A DNA stretch of 64,000 bases. It comes from Ranitomeya imitator (Eukaryota). The notes under the pieces are model-generated. The model ran no database searches. It had not been told where the DNA came from and saw nothing but the letters and a program-made list of their open reading frames with translations. The stretch lies in assembly GCF_032444005.1 (NCBI RefSeq), contig NC_091283.1, forward strand, positions 613,428,001 through 613,492,000, read 5' to 3'. The position numbers and the translations under genes were made by a program. The first letter of the stretch is position 1. The number at the start of each line of letters is the position of its first letter. Below are positions 23,000-38,419 of this stretch, one piece after another.

Positions 23000-24634
23000 A
23001 AAATCCACAAAATCATTTTGTGTGATTTTTACATAATCGATTATTTTATTGCATGAAATGTATTTAATACAATAGAAAAACAGAACTTAATATTTGGTAC
23101 AGAAACCTTTGTTTGCAGTTACAGAGGTCAGACATTTCCTGTAGTTCTTGACCAGGTTTGCACACACTGCAGCAGGGATTTTGGCCCACTGCTCCATACA
23201 GATCTTTCAGATTTCGGGGCTGTCACTGGACAACATTGAGTTTCAGCTCCCTCCAAAGATTTTCCATTGGGTTCAGGTCTGGAGACTGATTAGGCCACTC
23301 CAGGATCTTGAAATGCTTCTTAGGCCGGGGTCACACTGGCAAGTGCACTGCGAGAAACTTGCGCATCAATTCCCAGCACTGCCACCGACACTCGGGACGA
23401 GAGCGTTCAGCTACATAGAAATACATGAGGCCGAGTGCCAGCGGCGGCACCGGGTATTGATGCAAGAGACTTGCGTGAGTTTCTCACATTGCACACGCAA
23501 GTGTGACCCCGGCCTTACGGAACCATTCCTTAGTTGCCTTGGCTGTGTTTCAGGTCATTGTCATGCTAAAAGACCCAGCCATGACCCATCTTCAATGCTC
23601 TTATTGAGCGAAGGAGGTTGATGGGCAAAATCTTTCAATACATGACCCCATCCATCCTCCCTGGTCGTCCTATCCCCTTTGCAGAAAAGCCTCCCCAAAG
23701 TATAATGTTTCCCCTACCATGCTTCACGGTTGTGATGGTGTTCTTAGGGTTGTACTGATCCTTCTTCCTCCAAACACGCCAAGTGGAGTTGACATTTAAA
23801 AGTTCTATTTCTTTCTCATCTGACCACATTACCTTCTCCCATGCCTACTCTGGATAATTCAGAAGGCATGAGTGGACTTCAAACGGGTGTGGACATGTGT
23901 TAGCGTGAGAAGGGGGATCTTGCGTACACTGCAGAATTTTAATGCATGACGGCCTACTGGGTTACTAACGGTAATGTATGAGACTGTGGTTCCAGCTTTC
24001 TTCAGGTCATTGACCAGATCCTCTTGTGTAGTTCTGGGCTGATTCATGACCTACTCCAAATCATCCTTACCTCATGAGGTGAGACCTTGCATAGCATAGA
24101 GCCACAGACTGAGGAAGATGAACAGTCATCTTGTGTTTCATCCATTTTCTAATCGTTGCGCCAACAGTTGTTGCTTCCTCACCAAGCTGCTTGCCCATTG
24201 TCCTGTAGCCCATCTCAGTCTTGTGCAGGTCTGCAATATTGTTACTGGTATTCTTAGACAGCTCTTTGGTCTTGGCCATTATGGAGAGGTTGAAGTGATT
24301 GAGTGTGTGGACTGGTGTCTTTTATACAGGTAATGAGTTCAAACAGGCGCAATGAATATAATAATGACTAAGTGCAGAGTAGGAGGGCTTCTTAGTTTTT
24401 ATTTAACAGGTCTGTGAGAGCCAGAATTCTTGCTGGTTGGTGGGTGATCAAATACTTATTTCAGGCAATAAAATGCAATTTAATTATTTTAAATTCATAC
24501 AATGTGTTTTATTTTTAAATTCTGCCTCTCAGAGTTGAAGTGTACCTACGATAAAACTTACAAACCTCTCCATTCTTTGCAAGTGGGAAAACTGCAAAAT
24601 CGGCAGTGTATCAAATCCTTCATTTTCCCCACAG
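23000..24634 (-). mobile_element. Degenerate Tc1-like transposon
   Basis: Fragments MAKTKELSK..., [33 protein letters not shown]...[15 protein letters not shown]; TA-flanked terminus at 24634. Confidence 0.88.
23323..23514. mobile_element. Harbinger-type MITE nested in the Tc1
   Basis: TIR GGCCGGGGTCACACT with a TTA duplication on both sides. Confidence 0.88.
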
Positions 24635-27634
24635 TACAAGAATGAGCCCACATTGGTGATATATACTAGGATGTGGGATATATATAGCAGTAAGGGGTTC
24701 AGGATTGAGGACATTACTACATAATGGTGAGTGAGGGGGGCACACGCATGTCCTTATAGTATTTAGAACGCTATAAGGGCTTATACAATTGACCAACATT
24801 TAGGTGGGGTCGGTCCAGGTCTAAATTTTGCACTGGGGTCATCGAACTCTGGTTACGCCACTAGGGGTTTTATGACACATTCTGGATGTGGGTTCAGATG
24901 TTTCGAAGGGGTTGTCTAGTAGACTTTTCAATGTCCACAATATGCCGGTTCGGTCTGGTGATGGAGCGCTCGGAGCAGAGCTGACTTTTTTTTTTTTAAC
25001 ATTTTACTTGGCACATTAGGAACATTGAAAGGGCTACACTGACAGCTGATAAATACTGCATGAGTCCAGCCATATATATTGGACTCAAAAATCCTGCAGC
25101 ATTTCAGAGAAAAAGATCGGGGCATGACAGCCTGCTTGATGTTGTTGCATGATATCATGGGGCTGGACAGTGGGGCTACATTGTCCCATTGAACATCGCC
25201 AGAATGCATCTTCCTGGGCTGCGGCTGTGGGTGCATGCTATGGGACTACACTGCATCTAATGTCGCCATCTAGCTGAAGCTTTGATCACTGCATGCACCA
25301 CTACAGAGATTCACACATTTGTAGCCAAAAAAAATCAGAATTCTGAGAAATAGTAATGAGGTTTAATAGGGATTGTACTAATCCGTATACAATGAGCCCC
25401 CCAGACAGAGCTGACCATTGGACACAGCAAGAGACCACTGCTGGATTCAGCGATCCTTCCAGCCCACCCCCCACAGACGGTTTCCTCGCTTTCGGGAGAA
25501 AGCTATCAATCACTTGTCGATATTTGGAAGATCTCATGTATAAGGAGGGCTCCGGTCCATATTGGGGGACTCCCGGGCTTTGTTCACACTGCAACAAATA
25601 CAGTTAGTGCTGTCGACTAGATTTTATTACACTAGAAGTTAAAGAATTGTAAATTTTTCTTATTTTTTTAGGCAGGTTCTATATTACTATGATATGCCTA
25701 AGGCGGTAATCGCATAAAGCAAATTGTCTGGATTTTTTTTCTACAATCATGGAAAAATATTTAGCAATCTTAGGCCATAAGGGGCGCAGTTTATATTAAT
25801 CACCCCTACATATGAGTGATTGGTGAGGTTCGGCAGAGGCAGGGGAAGTACTAAAACAATTCTACATTTCTTGCACAAATGCTGGAAACTATATAAAAGT
25901 ATGACCTATATGCCTGATCTGCACCAAATGCCTTCTACAGTGTCTGCCCTTATTATATATTTTGCTATTTCATGTTTTTCTTGCAGCACTATGGAGAAAT
26001 GCGCTCCAATGAAAGTGATGATGGCAGCAGGAGCCGGGTACATGGCCGTCATCCTGGTACAGGGCTGGAATCCTTTTACTTTATTGATGGTTTAAAGGCA
26101 GTCTCAGTGGGCAGACCAAGATGGCACAACCTAAACCAAGCTGACAAACACTGAAAGAGGACCTTCTTTCAGCCTGGAGCTTACAGTCCATGGGAACACA
26201 GAGCAACCTTGGCAGGATGCCCAGATGTCTTACAGAACAGAGTCGCTTGTCCAGCGATGCCAAGCAGGGAACCATCTCTGCGTTCTTGTTCTCAGACATA
26301 GATTTTACAAGTCCTTCATTCATGGGGCGAACAGTGACTACAGTACTAACGCTATATGGGCTGGATTGCTAGAGGTCATTAACAGTAGCCCGGCGTATAC
26401 TGGACCGCTATGGGAAGAAATGTCTTGGCTCAGCTTACCTAATAATCTACATTTACCCCAGTATTTCTATAGTAATTATAAGCTCTGCTCCTGTCACGCA
26501 ATGTAATAGCTTTTTAACATACAGGAATGATAATGAACTACATGACAATCCTTTATTAACCCCTTGGTATAGGAATGAAACAGATTTGGTTACTTTCTGT
26601 AAAACAGCGCCACCCTTGTGTATGGGCTACGACAGTATTGCACTTAAGCTGGGATCAAGTGAACGTGACTAAGCTGGATACCAGACATTACCTATGGGCA
26701 AGGTGGTCATAATTAATAATGCTTTATTAACTCATTCAAAGTACATCACGTGTTGACTCACGACACGGATGCTCATCGTGCTGATCGTGCGAGCACCACA
26801 ATGGTGCCGATGTAATCAAGAGCGAGGCAATGGCTGTACTACACAGCCCCACTAATTCCAGGATCATCGGATTCAAAGGTAGAGACTGAGAGGAGAAGCC
26901 GGTATCAGGGCCAGCATGCTGTGTGGGCTGACAGCCAAGGGTTGTAGGACCAATTGCCTTTTATTAGTGCTTATCAAAGTATAGCTATCCAGTATATGCT
27001 AGTAGATTACAGTTAAAAACACAAAAATCTAAATTCAAATTCCAGGATGTGCATATATTTTTTTTTAAAAGTAAAAGAAAAAAAAAGCGAAAAACACATT
27101 GTATACATAAATAAACTTTATTAAAAAGAAATCCTAAAACATTGCATAACAGATATTTGGTACAGCCATAGCCATACGAAAATGTACAATAGATGTGTAG
27201 CATCACTGATAAGCGAAGTAAACCGTAAAAAAAACTGATCATGTATTTGTAGAAACAGCATCAACGATTAATTCCTGTAAAAAACAAGGAAATAAAAATG
27301 TACCATTAATGAGCATTAAATAAGCGTTTTAAAGGGAATCGGTCACATTGAAAACGGTATCCGAGATGCAGGCAGGATGTTATAGAGCAAAATGAGCTGA
27401 TGAAAAAAGTTTAAGTAAAACTTGTATTTTATTCATTGAAAATTCTGGTGTATATATGCATGCGAGTCCGGTGGGCGGTCCTACTTAGTGATTGACAGTC
27501 TTCCCTGTGTCTGCGCATGCAGAGAAAGCTGTCAATCACTCACAGGACTGCCCACTGGACTCATATATACAAGCACTGGGGATTTCAATGAATACATTAC
27601 AAGTTATACTGAATCTTTTTAACAAACCTATATA

Positions 27635-29208
27635 CACTGCTCAAAAAAATAAAGGGAACACTAAAATACCACATCCTAGATATCTCTGAATGAAATATTC
27701 CAGTTGCAAATTTTTATTCATTACATAGTAGAATGTGTTCAGAACAATAAAACATAACAATTATCAATGTAAATCAAAATGAATATCCCATGGAGGTCTG
27801 GATTTGGAATGATACTCAAAATCTAAGTGGAAAATCAAATTACAGGCTGATCCAACCTCAGTGGAAATGCCTCATGACAAGGAAATGATGCTCAGTATTG
27901 TGTGTGGCCTCCACATGCCTGTATGACCTCCCTACTGTACAACCCCTGGGCATGCTCCTGATGAGGCGGCGGATGGTCTCCTGAAGGATCTCCTCCAAGA
28001 CTTGGACTAAAGCATCCGCCAACTCCTGGACAGTCTGTGGTGCAACGTGACGTTGGTGGATGGTGCGAGACATGATGTCCCAGATGTGCTCAATCGGATT
28101 AAGGTCTGGGGAACGGGCGGGCCAGTCCATAGCTTCAATGCCTTCATCATGCAGGAACTGCTGACACACTCCAGCCACATGAGGTCTGGCATTGTCCTGC
28201 ATTAGGAGGAACACAGGGCCAACAGCACCATCATATGGTCTAACAAGGGGTCTGAGGATCTCATCTCGGTACCTAATGTCAGTCAGGCTACATCTGGCGA
28301 GCACATGGAGGGCTGTGCGGCCCTCCAAACAAATGTCACCCCACACCATTACTGACCCACTGCCAAACCGGTCATGCTGAAGGATGTTGCATGCGGCAAA
28401 TCGCTCTCCACGGCATTTCCAGACTGTCACGTCTGTCACATGTACTCAGTGTGAACCTGCTTTTATCTGTGAAGAGCACAGGGTGCCAGTGGCGAATTTG
28501 CCAATCCTGGTGTTCTGTGGCAAATGCCAAGCATCCTGCACAGTGTTGGGCTGTGAGCACAACCCCCATCTGTGGACGTCGGGCACTCAGACCATCCTCA
28601 AAGAGTTGGTTTCTAACGTTTGTGCAGACACTTGCACATTTGTAGCCTGCAGGAAGTCAATTTGCAGGGCTCTGGCAGTGCTCCTCCTTGCACAAAGGCT
28701 GAGGTAGCGGTCCTGCTGCTGGGTTGTTGCCCTCCTACAGCCCCCTCCACGTCTCCTGGTGTACTGGGCTGTCTCCTGGTAGCACCTCCAGCCTCTGGAC
28801 ACTATGCTGACAGACAGAACAAACCTTCTTGCCACAGCTCGCATTAATGTGCCATCCTGGATGAGCTGCACTACCTCCCGAGCCACTTGTGTGGGTTGTA
28901 GAGTCCGTCTCATGCTACCACGAGTGTGAAAGCCCAACCAACATTCAAAAGTGACCAAAACACCAGCCAGAAAGCATTGGTACTGAGATGTGGTCTGTGG
29001 TCCCCACCTGCAGAACCACTCCTTTATTGAGGGTGTCTTGATAACTGCCAATAATTTCCATCTGTTGTCTATTCCATGTGCACAACAGCATGTGAAATTG
29101 ATTGTCAATCAGTGTTGCTTCCTAAGTGGACAGTTTGATATCACAGAAGTTTGATTTACTTGGAGTTATATTCTGTTGTTTAAGTGTTCCCTTTATTTTT
29201 TTGAGCAG
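27635..29208 (-). mobile_element. Near full-length Tc1 transposon with frameshifted DD34E transposase
   Basis: TIR CACTGCTCAAAAAAATAAAGGGAACACT at both ends; FTDKSRF, MQDNARPH and SPDLNPIEHIW split across frames. Confidence 0.93.
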
Positions 29209-29500
29209 CTTCTCCTTCTCTACACCGTCCTGCCACAGATCGAACTGCATGTACAACATGATCGTTTCCCTTTGAGAAAAATGTAATTGTACAGGGCTTA
29301 CAATTATGATACTTATGCCTTGAGTGAAGTCATGTCATTAACTTACTAGGTGTCTACTGAGTTTGTAAATTAAGATAATTTACTAATCTCTGAGCACCAT
29401 TCATTTTCTATGAGACTATTTAGCAGAGAGTAGAAGACAATTCATACTTATTAGTTCTGTTATCACCTGAAAAGGGAAGCAACTGCTCCATTAAACTCAA

Positions 29501-29664
29501 TCAGTCTCGTAGGTTATAGTTCCGGATTTTTGGAGTGTTGTGGGGTCCTCGGCCCTTTGTCTGTTTATTATTCAATGGGTGACTGGGCTTCTCAGAACCT
29601 TTCCTCAAGGAAGACTGTTTTGTATTTTGATTCCTCAGATCTGGCTGGATTCTTGTAGCGGTCA
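29501..29664 (-). CDS. ccdc57: ccdc57 last coding exon (VTATRIQPDLR...TPKIRNYNLRD*)
   Basis: Branch point TACTAAT and TAG acceptor, phase 1. The C-terminal KIRNYN motif matches the recalled CCDC57 end; TGA at 29503-29501. Confidence 0.85.
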
Positions 29665-30196
29665 CTATATGTAGAACATATTAGTAAAATACATCTCATT
29701 ATTGATAGATCTAGGCACAACTTGTATGCATTACAATCATCACACACACCACTATTCACATATATCACTTTTCGATCCAGGAGTAGATGTGTGTCCTCTA
29801 GTTGGGCCCAGTCCGTCTCAGCCCTTATCCACATGCATATTACTTGACAAACGGTAAGATTTTTAATATTGGAGTTAGGACTGTCCCAATTACGGTCACC
29901 GTGAAGAAGTGGGATGGCTTTCACATTTTTTTTAATTAAAAAAATATGTTAACTAAGTACAGTATATCATTTTCATGCTCTATGCTATTTATTTATTGCA
30001 GGGTATTTAATTATTATGTTTCTGTCTTTGGTAGATATTGCTGAAGACATTGATTGGAATCATAGTATTTTTAGATGGAGTGCAGGTGGTTGTGGACTCT
30101 TTAAGGGGTTGGTTACCTCGTGCGACCAGTGATTGGCTGCAGCTGTGACATAAAACAACCCCTGTAAGTCAAGACTCAAATAAGCTTTATTATATA

Positions 30197-32311
30197 CTAG
30201 ATGGTGGCCCGATTCTATGCATGTCCACGTAGTATATTGCCCAGCCACGTAGTATATTGCCCAGCCATGTAGTATATTGCCCAGTAATGTAGTATACAGC
30301 ACACAGCCACGTAGTATATTGCCCAGTGACGTAGTATACAGCACACAGCCACGTAGTATATTGCCCAGTTACGTAGTATATTGCCCAGTGACGTAGTATA
30401 TTGCTCAGTGACGTAGTATATTGCCCAGTGACGTAGTATATTGCCCAGTCATGTAGTATATTGCCCAGCCACGTAGTATATTGCCCAGCCACGTAGTATA
30501 TTGCCCAGCCACGTAGTATGTTGCCCAGTGACGTAGTATACAGCACACAGCCATGTAGTATATTACCCAGTGACGTAGTATATTGCCCAGTTACGTAGTA
30601 TATTGCCCAGCCACGTAGTATATTGCCCAGCCACGTAGTATATTGCCCAGCCACGTAGTATATTGCCCAGTGACGTAGTATATTGCCCAGTGACGTAGTA
30701 TATTGCCCAGTCATGTAGTATATTGCCCAGCCACCTAGTATATTGCCCAGCCACGTAGTATATTGCCCAGCCACGTAGTATATTGCCCAGTGACGTAGTA
30801 TATTGCCCAGCCACGTAGTATATTGCCCAGCCACATAGCACATAGTATATTGCCCAGTTACGTAGTATATTGCCCAGCCACGTAGTATATTGCCCAGTGA
30901 CGAAGTATATTGCCCAGTGACGTAGTATATTGCCCAGCCACGTAGTATATTGCCCAGTGACGTAGTATACAGCACACAGCCACGTAGTATAATGCCCACC
31001 AACGTAGTATATTGCCCAGCCACGTAGTATATTGCCCAGCCACGTAGTATATTGCCCAGCCACGTAGTATATTGCCCAGCCATGTAGTATATTGCCCAGT
31101 GACGTAGTATATTGCCCAGTGACGTAGTATATTGCCCAGTCATGTAGTATATTGCCCAGCCACGTAGTATATTGCCCAGTGATGTAGTATATTGCCCAGC
31201 CACGTAGTATATTGCCCAGCCACATAGCACATAGTATATTGCCCAGTTACATAGTATATTGCCCAGCCACGTAGTATATTGCCCAGTGACGAAGTATATT
31301 GCCCAGTGACGTAGTATATTGCCCAGCCACGTAGTATATTGCCCAGTGACGTAGTATACAGCACACAGCCACGTAGTATATTGCCCAGTGACGTAGTATA
31401 TTGCCCAGCCACGTAGTATATTGCCCAGCCACGTAGTATATTGCCTAGTGACGTAGTATATTGCCCAGCTACGTAGTATATTGGCCAGTGACGTAGTATA
31501 TTGCCCAGTCATGTAGTATATTGCCCAGTGACGTACTATATTGCACAGCGACATAGTATACAGCACAGAGCCACGTAGTAGATTGCCCAGTGACGTAGTA
31601 TATTGCCCAGCCACGTATGTCACAGGTTAAAAAATAAAAAATAAACATACTCACCTAACGATCCGAGGGCCCCTTGTAGTTCTAACATACTCACCATTCT
31701 CGTCGCTGCTCCTCAGCGTCCTGTCTTTCCGCCTCCTGGGGTCCAGCGGAGCTCCGGCGATAGGCGCGCGGCTGCCGCCATCTTGCGTTCCCAGGATGCA
31801 TTGCGAAATTACCCAGATGACTTAGCGGTCTCGCGAGACTGCTAGGTCTTCTGGGTAATTTCGCAAAGCATCGCTGGGAAAGGAAGATGGCGGCAGGCGC
31901 GAGCAGCTCAGCGGACAACGGAGGGTGAGTATAGCAGGTTTTTTTTTTTATATTATTATTTTTAACATTACTTTTTTTACTATTGATGCCGCATAGGCAG
32001 CATCAATAGTAAAAGGTTGGGGACACACAGGGTTAATAGCGGCGGTAACAGAGTGCGTTACCCGCGGCATAACGCGGACCGTTACCGCCGGCATTAACCC
32101 TGCGTTAGCGGTGACCAGAGGGGAGTATGCGGGCGACAGGCACTGACTGCGGGGAGTAAGGAGCGGCCATTTTCTTCTGGACTGTGCCCGTCGCTGATTG
32201 GTCGCGGCAGCCATGACAGGTAGCTGGCTAGACCAATCAGCGAATGAATAACCGTGACAGACAGAAGGACAGACAGACAGACGGAAGTGACCCTTAGACT
32301 ATTATTATATA
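30197..32311 (-). mobile_element. Non-autonomous Helitron-like element containing a 21-bp minisatellite
   Basis: Minus-strand 3' end ...CGGGCCACCATCTAG|T; 5' end TATATAATAATAGTCTAAGGGTCACTTCCGTCTGTCTGTC; no TIR or TSD. Confidence 0.65.
30225..31620. repeat. 21-bp minisatellite (GCC/GTG)ACGTAGTATATTGCCCA
   Basis: About 65 directly visible units. Confidence 0.97.
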
Positions 32312-32820
32312 TTTGTATCTACAAATGTTATAGTTAGTTTTCCTATGTTAACTTTACCATATATCATACAAATTAAAAATGGCTGAATGCTATCTTCAGG
32401 ATGTTCTCACAGCAAACCCAGGAGAGGTTCACGCTGGCGAATGATTTAATAACACTCTGCAATGTGTGGCATCTCACCCAGACGGTGAGTTCATAATAGC
32501 CCAATAGCCTGATGTAAACACTGTTGACATTGTGTCTGATGGGGAAGTGGTGCGATAACCCGCTGATCGCTCCAAACTGGATGAGGCAATGATGCTGCAG
32601 GCCAATGAGACGTTCTGCAATGCTGCTCTGCAGTTACAACACACAGAAAAGGACACTGGGTCAAATATTGAAACTGGAGACATATCATGCCATGTGGAGT
32701 AACGGTGCACAGGCCTAGTCACTGTCAGCCACATGTGAAATACAAGGAACTGCATGGGACTGTGGGTGGCATCTAGAGGGCAATATGGTCTCCACCGTGG
32801 TCCTGCCCTATGGGGTACAG

Positions 32821-33006
32821 CAGTGTTCCCCAACCCCAGTCCTCAAGAGCCACCAACAGGTCATGTTTTCAGGATTTCCTTTGTATTGCCCAGGTGATAA
32901 TTGCATCACCTGGACAGGCAAGCATTCAATCACCTGTGCAATGCCAAGGAAATCCTGAAAACATGAGCTGTTGGTGGCTCTTGAGGACCCGAGTTGGGGA
33001 ACACTG
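32821..33006. mobile_element. hAT MITE
   Basis: TIR CAGTGTTCCCCAAC with a perfect 8-bp TSD GGGTACAG. Confidence 0.92.
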
Positions 33007-33583
33007 GGGTACAGCAAACTTCTTCAGAATGACTAGACAGATTCATTTTATTGTCAGCAAAGCAGCAGATAACAGTGGGGCTGCGGAGTCAGAAATCAGA
33101 GAAAAGTAATCATTTGGGTGGATTTCACATAACAAATAACTGGTGACATCCCCTGAAAAGGAGTTCTGGAAAAGGAAACTGGTCATTGGCAGTGTGTTAG
33201 TTGAAGGAGGTGTTAGTTTGTTTTTGTTTTTATAATTTTTTAAGTTTTTTTTTTAACTTGACGGAAAATTGACTCCAAATAAATCTAACATAACAAAGCA
33301 GATACACACCCTCCTTGGGTCTAATTGCGGCTCCCTACCTCTGCGTTTCGCCTGCAGTGGAGATGACACGTTAACTGCACACATGACAGCTGCAGCCAAT
33401 CACTGACCTCAGCGGCTCGTGTCATCTACCGTGGCACAGCTGCTGAGCTCAATAATTGGCTGCAGCCATGATGCGAGTGGTCACTCTGATGTCACCATTG
33501 TAGGCAAAACAGAGATTGGAGCAGTGGCAGGGTGCTGGTCGTGGACCCATAAAAGGTGAGCACCTGTTCTGCTATTTTAGGTA

Positions 33584-35463
<1,880 letters not shown>

Positions 35464-36279
35464 TAAATAAAACTGTTTAGGGTCCATTTTCATCTTTATT
35501 TTGTACGTTTACGTTTTTATTTGTAGCTGTTTTTGTGTCTGGAGGAAGCTGGGATATATGATCTGTGTGATCCCAGCATTCCTGTATATGGACTGCAGAC
35601 AGAGCCAGATTGGCTTCTACCATGTATTATGAAGGACACAGAACCTGGCATCCCATCCACCGAGAAGGAATCCACCGATAATACAAATCATGTAGAGGTG
35701 TTGTGTAATACAGGGATCACACAGCAAACACAGCACGTGACCTGAAGGTAATGGCCGGCAGTAACTCTGCCACTCAGGCAGGTTACCACGGGTCAGGTCA
35801 CTGGGAATCATTTACCAGACATGTAAAAAGCAAAGTGCTGACACAGCGCTATGTATGTTACTTGTGTTCCGGCACTACTGACGGGTCTTCTCTAGTTGGG
35901 AGCATTTGTGCCTGCTCCATAACACTGTGCAATTAAAAAGTACATTTTTTCACTTTAATATTTTTCCCTCATTTACATGCCCTGTAGATCGGTGAGGATC
36001 CAGATACTGAGACCTCCACCAATCACTCAAAAAACTGCACTGAGGAGTGCTGCTCTGCAGGCAGGAGCAATGAGCTGCAGCGTGGGCATGTGTACAGAAC
36101 GCAACACGGGCTCAGTAGTAGACATAACCTTTCTGCTGGAGCCCTACTATACGCGTCCTGATGACTGCGAGAGCGGACTTGTCTGACAGTGTGATAAAGC
36201 TAATGTGTACCTTCAGAATATACTAGTACTGTTCATACGCGTATGCCATTCATTGCCAGCATGCAGGGTTCCTGCCTAT

Positions 36280-36493
36280 TAGTGATGGGACGTGCTCAGA
36301 TAAGGTGTTGTTGGGTGTGCTTGAAAAATATGTAAGAAACCCCGCGGCTGCATGTCTCGCGACTAACAAACAGGCAATCCCTGCATGTGTTGTTGAACAG
36401 CCCTGAGACATGCAGCCACAGGGTCGATGATACTCTATTTGCACCTGACCATGCTCAAATAACACCTTATCCCAGCATGTTCTCTCATCACTA
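36280..36493. mobile_element. hAT-type MITE
   Basis: TAGTGATG...CATCACTA ends with a perfect 8-bp TSD CTGCCTAT. Confidence 0.88.
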
Positions 36494-37579
36494 CTGCCTA
36501 TCATACAGATATTTAGCAAAAAACTTGACCCCTTGGCAAGATCAACGAGTGCCATTACCCATACAGGGAGTTACAATTTTATTATAGGCTAAGGTCACAC
36601 AAGTGTATAAAAAAAGTCTTATTTTCATCCAGAAACATGGATCTAGGGCCGAACGTTTGCCACTGCTCCAGTCTCTGTTTGACTGCAGTGGTGATATCCC
36701 ATTTATAGTACTGTGTCCATGTAGAAATATGATCTACTGCACTCACTGACTGGTGGCAGCACACTCAACGTTACGTTACTCCTGAAGCCATACAAAAGAA
36801 TGGAGTAGCATTGGAGAGCCAGCACCGGACCCAAGGAGCTACGTAATGCTCAGTGTGTTGTTAACTCAATTTATGACCTAAGGTTTTCTCAAATGATACA
36901 ACCCCTTTAATTGGACTGACATGTAAAGTGATCTTCTGTGCCAGATTTTCAGCCTCGAAATCACTGGACCAGGAGTTTAATAGAAGCCATAAGTGCCCAG
37001 CATTCCCCCAGAGAAAAACAGACAGGAAATTGTGAAATACCATTTCAGAAAGCGAAAGACAAATTAGACTTACAAAACGTAAAGTACCAGATCTGGAGAT
37101 TTGTTTTATATGTTGCCACCAGATAGGTATCAGTAATGAATGATTCTACTTACCTCTGTCTGTTTTCTACTGTTTCCGGCACCATTCTGGTCCCTCTCCG
37201 CCATGCTGTGACCACAGGTCTGACTATGAGGAAGTCACTCCTAATGTCTTTGAAAAATATTAGGATTTGAGACTCTCAAATCTTAATATTTTTCTATTAA
37301 CACAGTATGAAAATGTATATTTATCCTGTATGTTGTCTTTGACAATTCTGAGTCTCATAGAATTGCATCCGGCAGAGCCTTCCAATCCGTCCTGCAAACA
37401 TTGGACTGGTCACTAATCGGTCATGTGGTGTTAACGTGGACCAGAACAGCAGAAGACGGCGGCCGGTAAGTATTTTACTAGACAGGGAGCATACCTATCC
37501 AGAGGTAAAATGACAAACAAAGTAATACTTTAGACCACAATTTCCCTAAAATTTCATTCACTTTTCATTTCATCCTCAC

Positions 37580-37808
37580 CTAGTGGAGCTTCATCTTGAG
37601 AACTTATCAGTGATGGACTTGACCCCATATCCAATATTTTCCAGACCTCTTGTGACGAGGAGTCTCCTTCTATCCAAGATGGCCCTGACTGAATGGACTT
37701 AGCGCTGTTCACGAGATGTCCAAGTGGTGATGGAGACAGGCTCTTTTTCCGCGGTGACCGAGATATGTCCTCTTTCCGTGTAGGTTTGGGGTCTACAAAG
37801 GTAGAGGG
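37580..37808 (-). CDS. ccdc57: ccdc57 coding exon (PSTFVDPK...SSSQEVWKILDMGSSPSLISSQDEAPL)
   Basis: CAG/GTGAG sites, phase 0 to 1; WKILDMGSSPS matches the recalled CCDC57 WRLLDLGSSPS motif. Confidence 0.88.
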
Positions 37809-38301
37809 CTGTGCAACATACAAGCAGATATCATTGAAATTCCATGTTCCATCAGTAATATAAGACATTAACCCATGAAATCACACAATCTGGCCATTTA
37901 TGATGGCCACTGCTGACAAAATGCAGAAAGAAGTAGAAGGAGATATAAAAAAAAACAGGATTTTTGGTTGCTTACCGTAAAATCTGTTTATCGGAGCCTT
38001 CATTGGGGGACACAGGAACCATGGGTGTATGCTGCTGCCACTAGGAGGCTGACACTATGCAAATAAAAAGTTAGCTCCTCCTCTGCAGTATACACCCTAC
38101 CGACAGGAAGTAGGATATTCAGTTAGTGAGAAAGCAGTAGGAGAAGCAACGTGTAAAAGAGGAATAATAATAATAAACTTTATTCACATAGCGCCAACAA
38201 ATTCTACGGCGCTCCATAGATTAACAGTTTCAAACACTCGAAGAGTGTTCAAAGAACTCAAACGTATACAGTAAACAGAGCTGTTCAACTTGGGAGGGTG
38301 C

Positions 38302-38402
38302 TGTGTCCCCCAATGAAGGCTCCGAGAAACAGATTTTACGGTAAGCAACCAAAAATCCTGTTTTCTCTATCGCCTTTCATTGGGGGACACAGGAACCATG
38401 GG
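38302..38402. repeat. DIRS internal complementary region (ICR)
   Basis: Reads as the right-terminus extension joined to the left-terminus start (...AAAAATCCTG TTTT CTCTATCGCCTTTC...). Confidence 0.92.
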
Positions 38403-38419
38403 ACGTCCCAAAGCAGTCC

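Noticed and set aside
26745-26765. CACGTG-containing ChoRE-like motif upstream of the putative fasn promoter
   Set aside because: The second half-site and spacing do not fit the E-box-5-E-box consensus; a single E-box is expected by chance.
29592-29924. 110-aa minus-strand ORF near the ccdc57 end
   Set aside because: It overlaps the real last exon in a different frame; the KIRNYN frame is the conserved one.
30190-31654. 477-aa and related YYVAGQYTT ORFs
   Set aside because: Translation of the 21-bp minisatellite.
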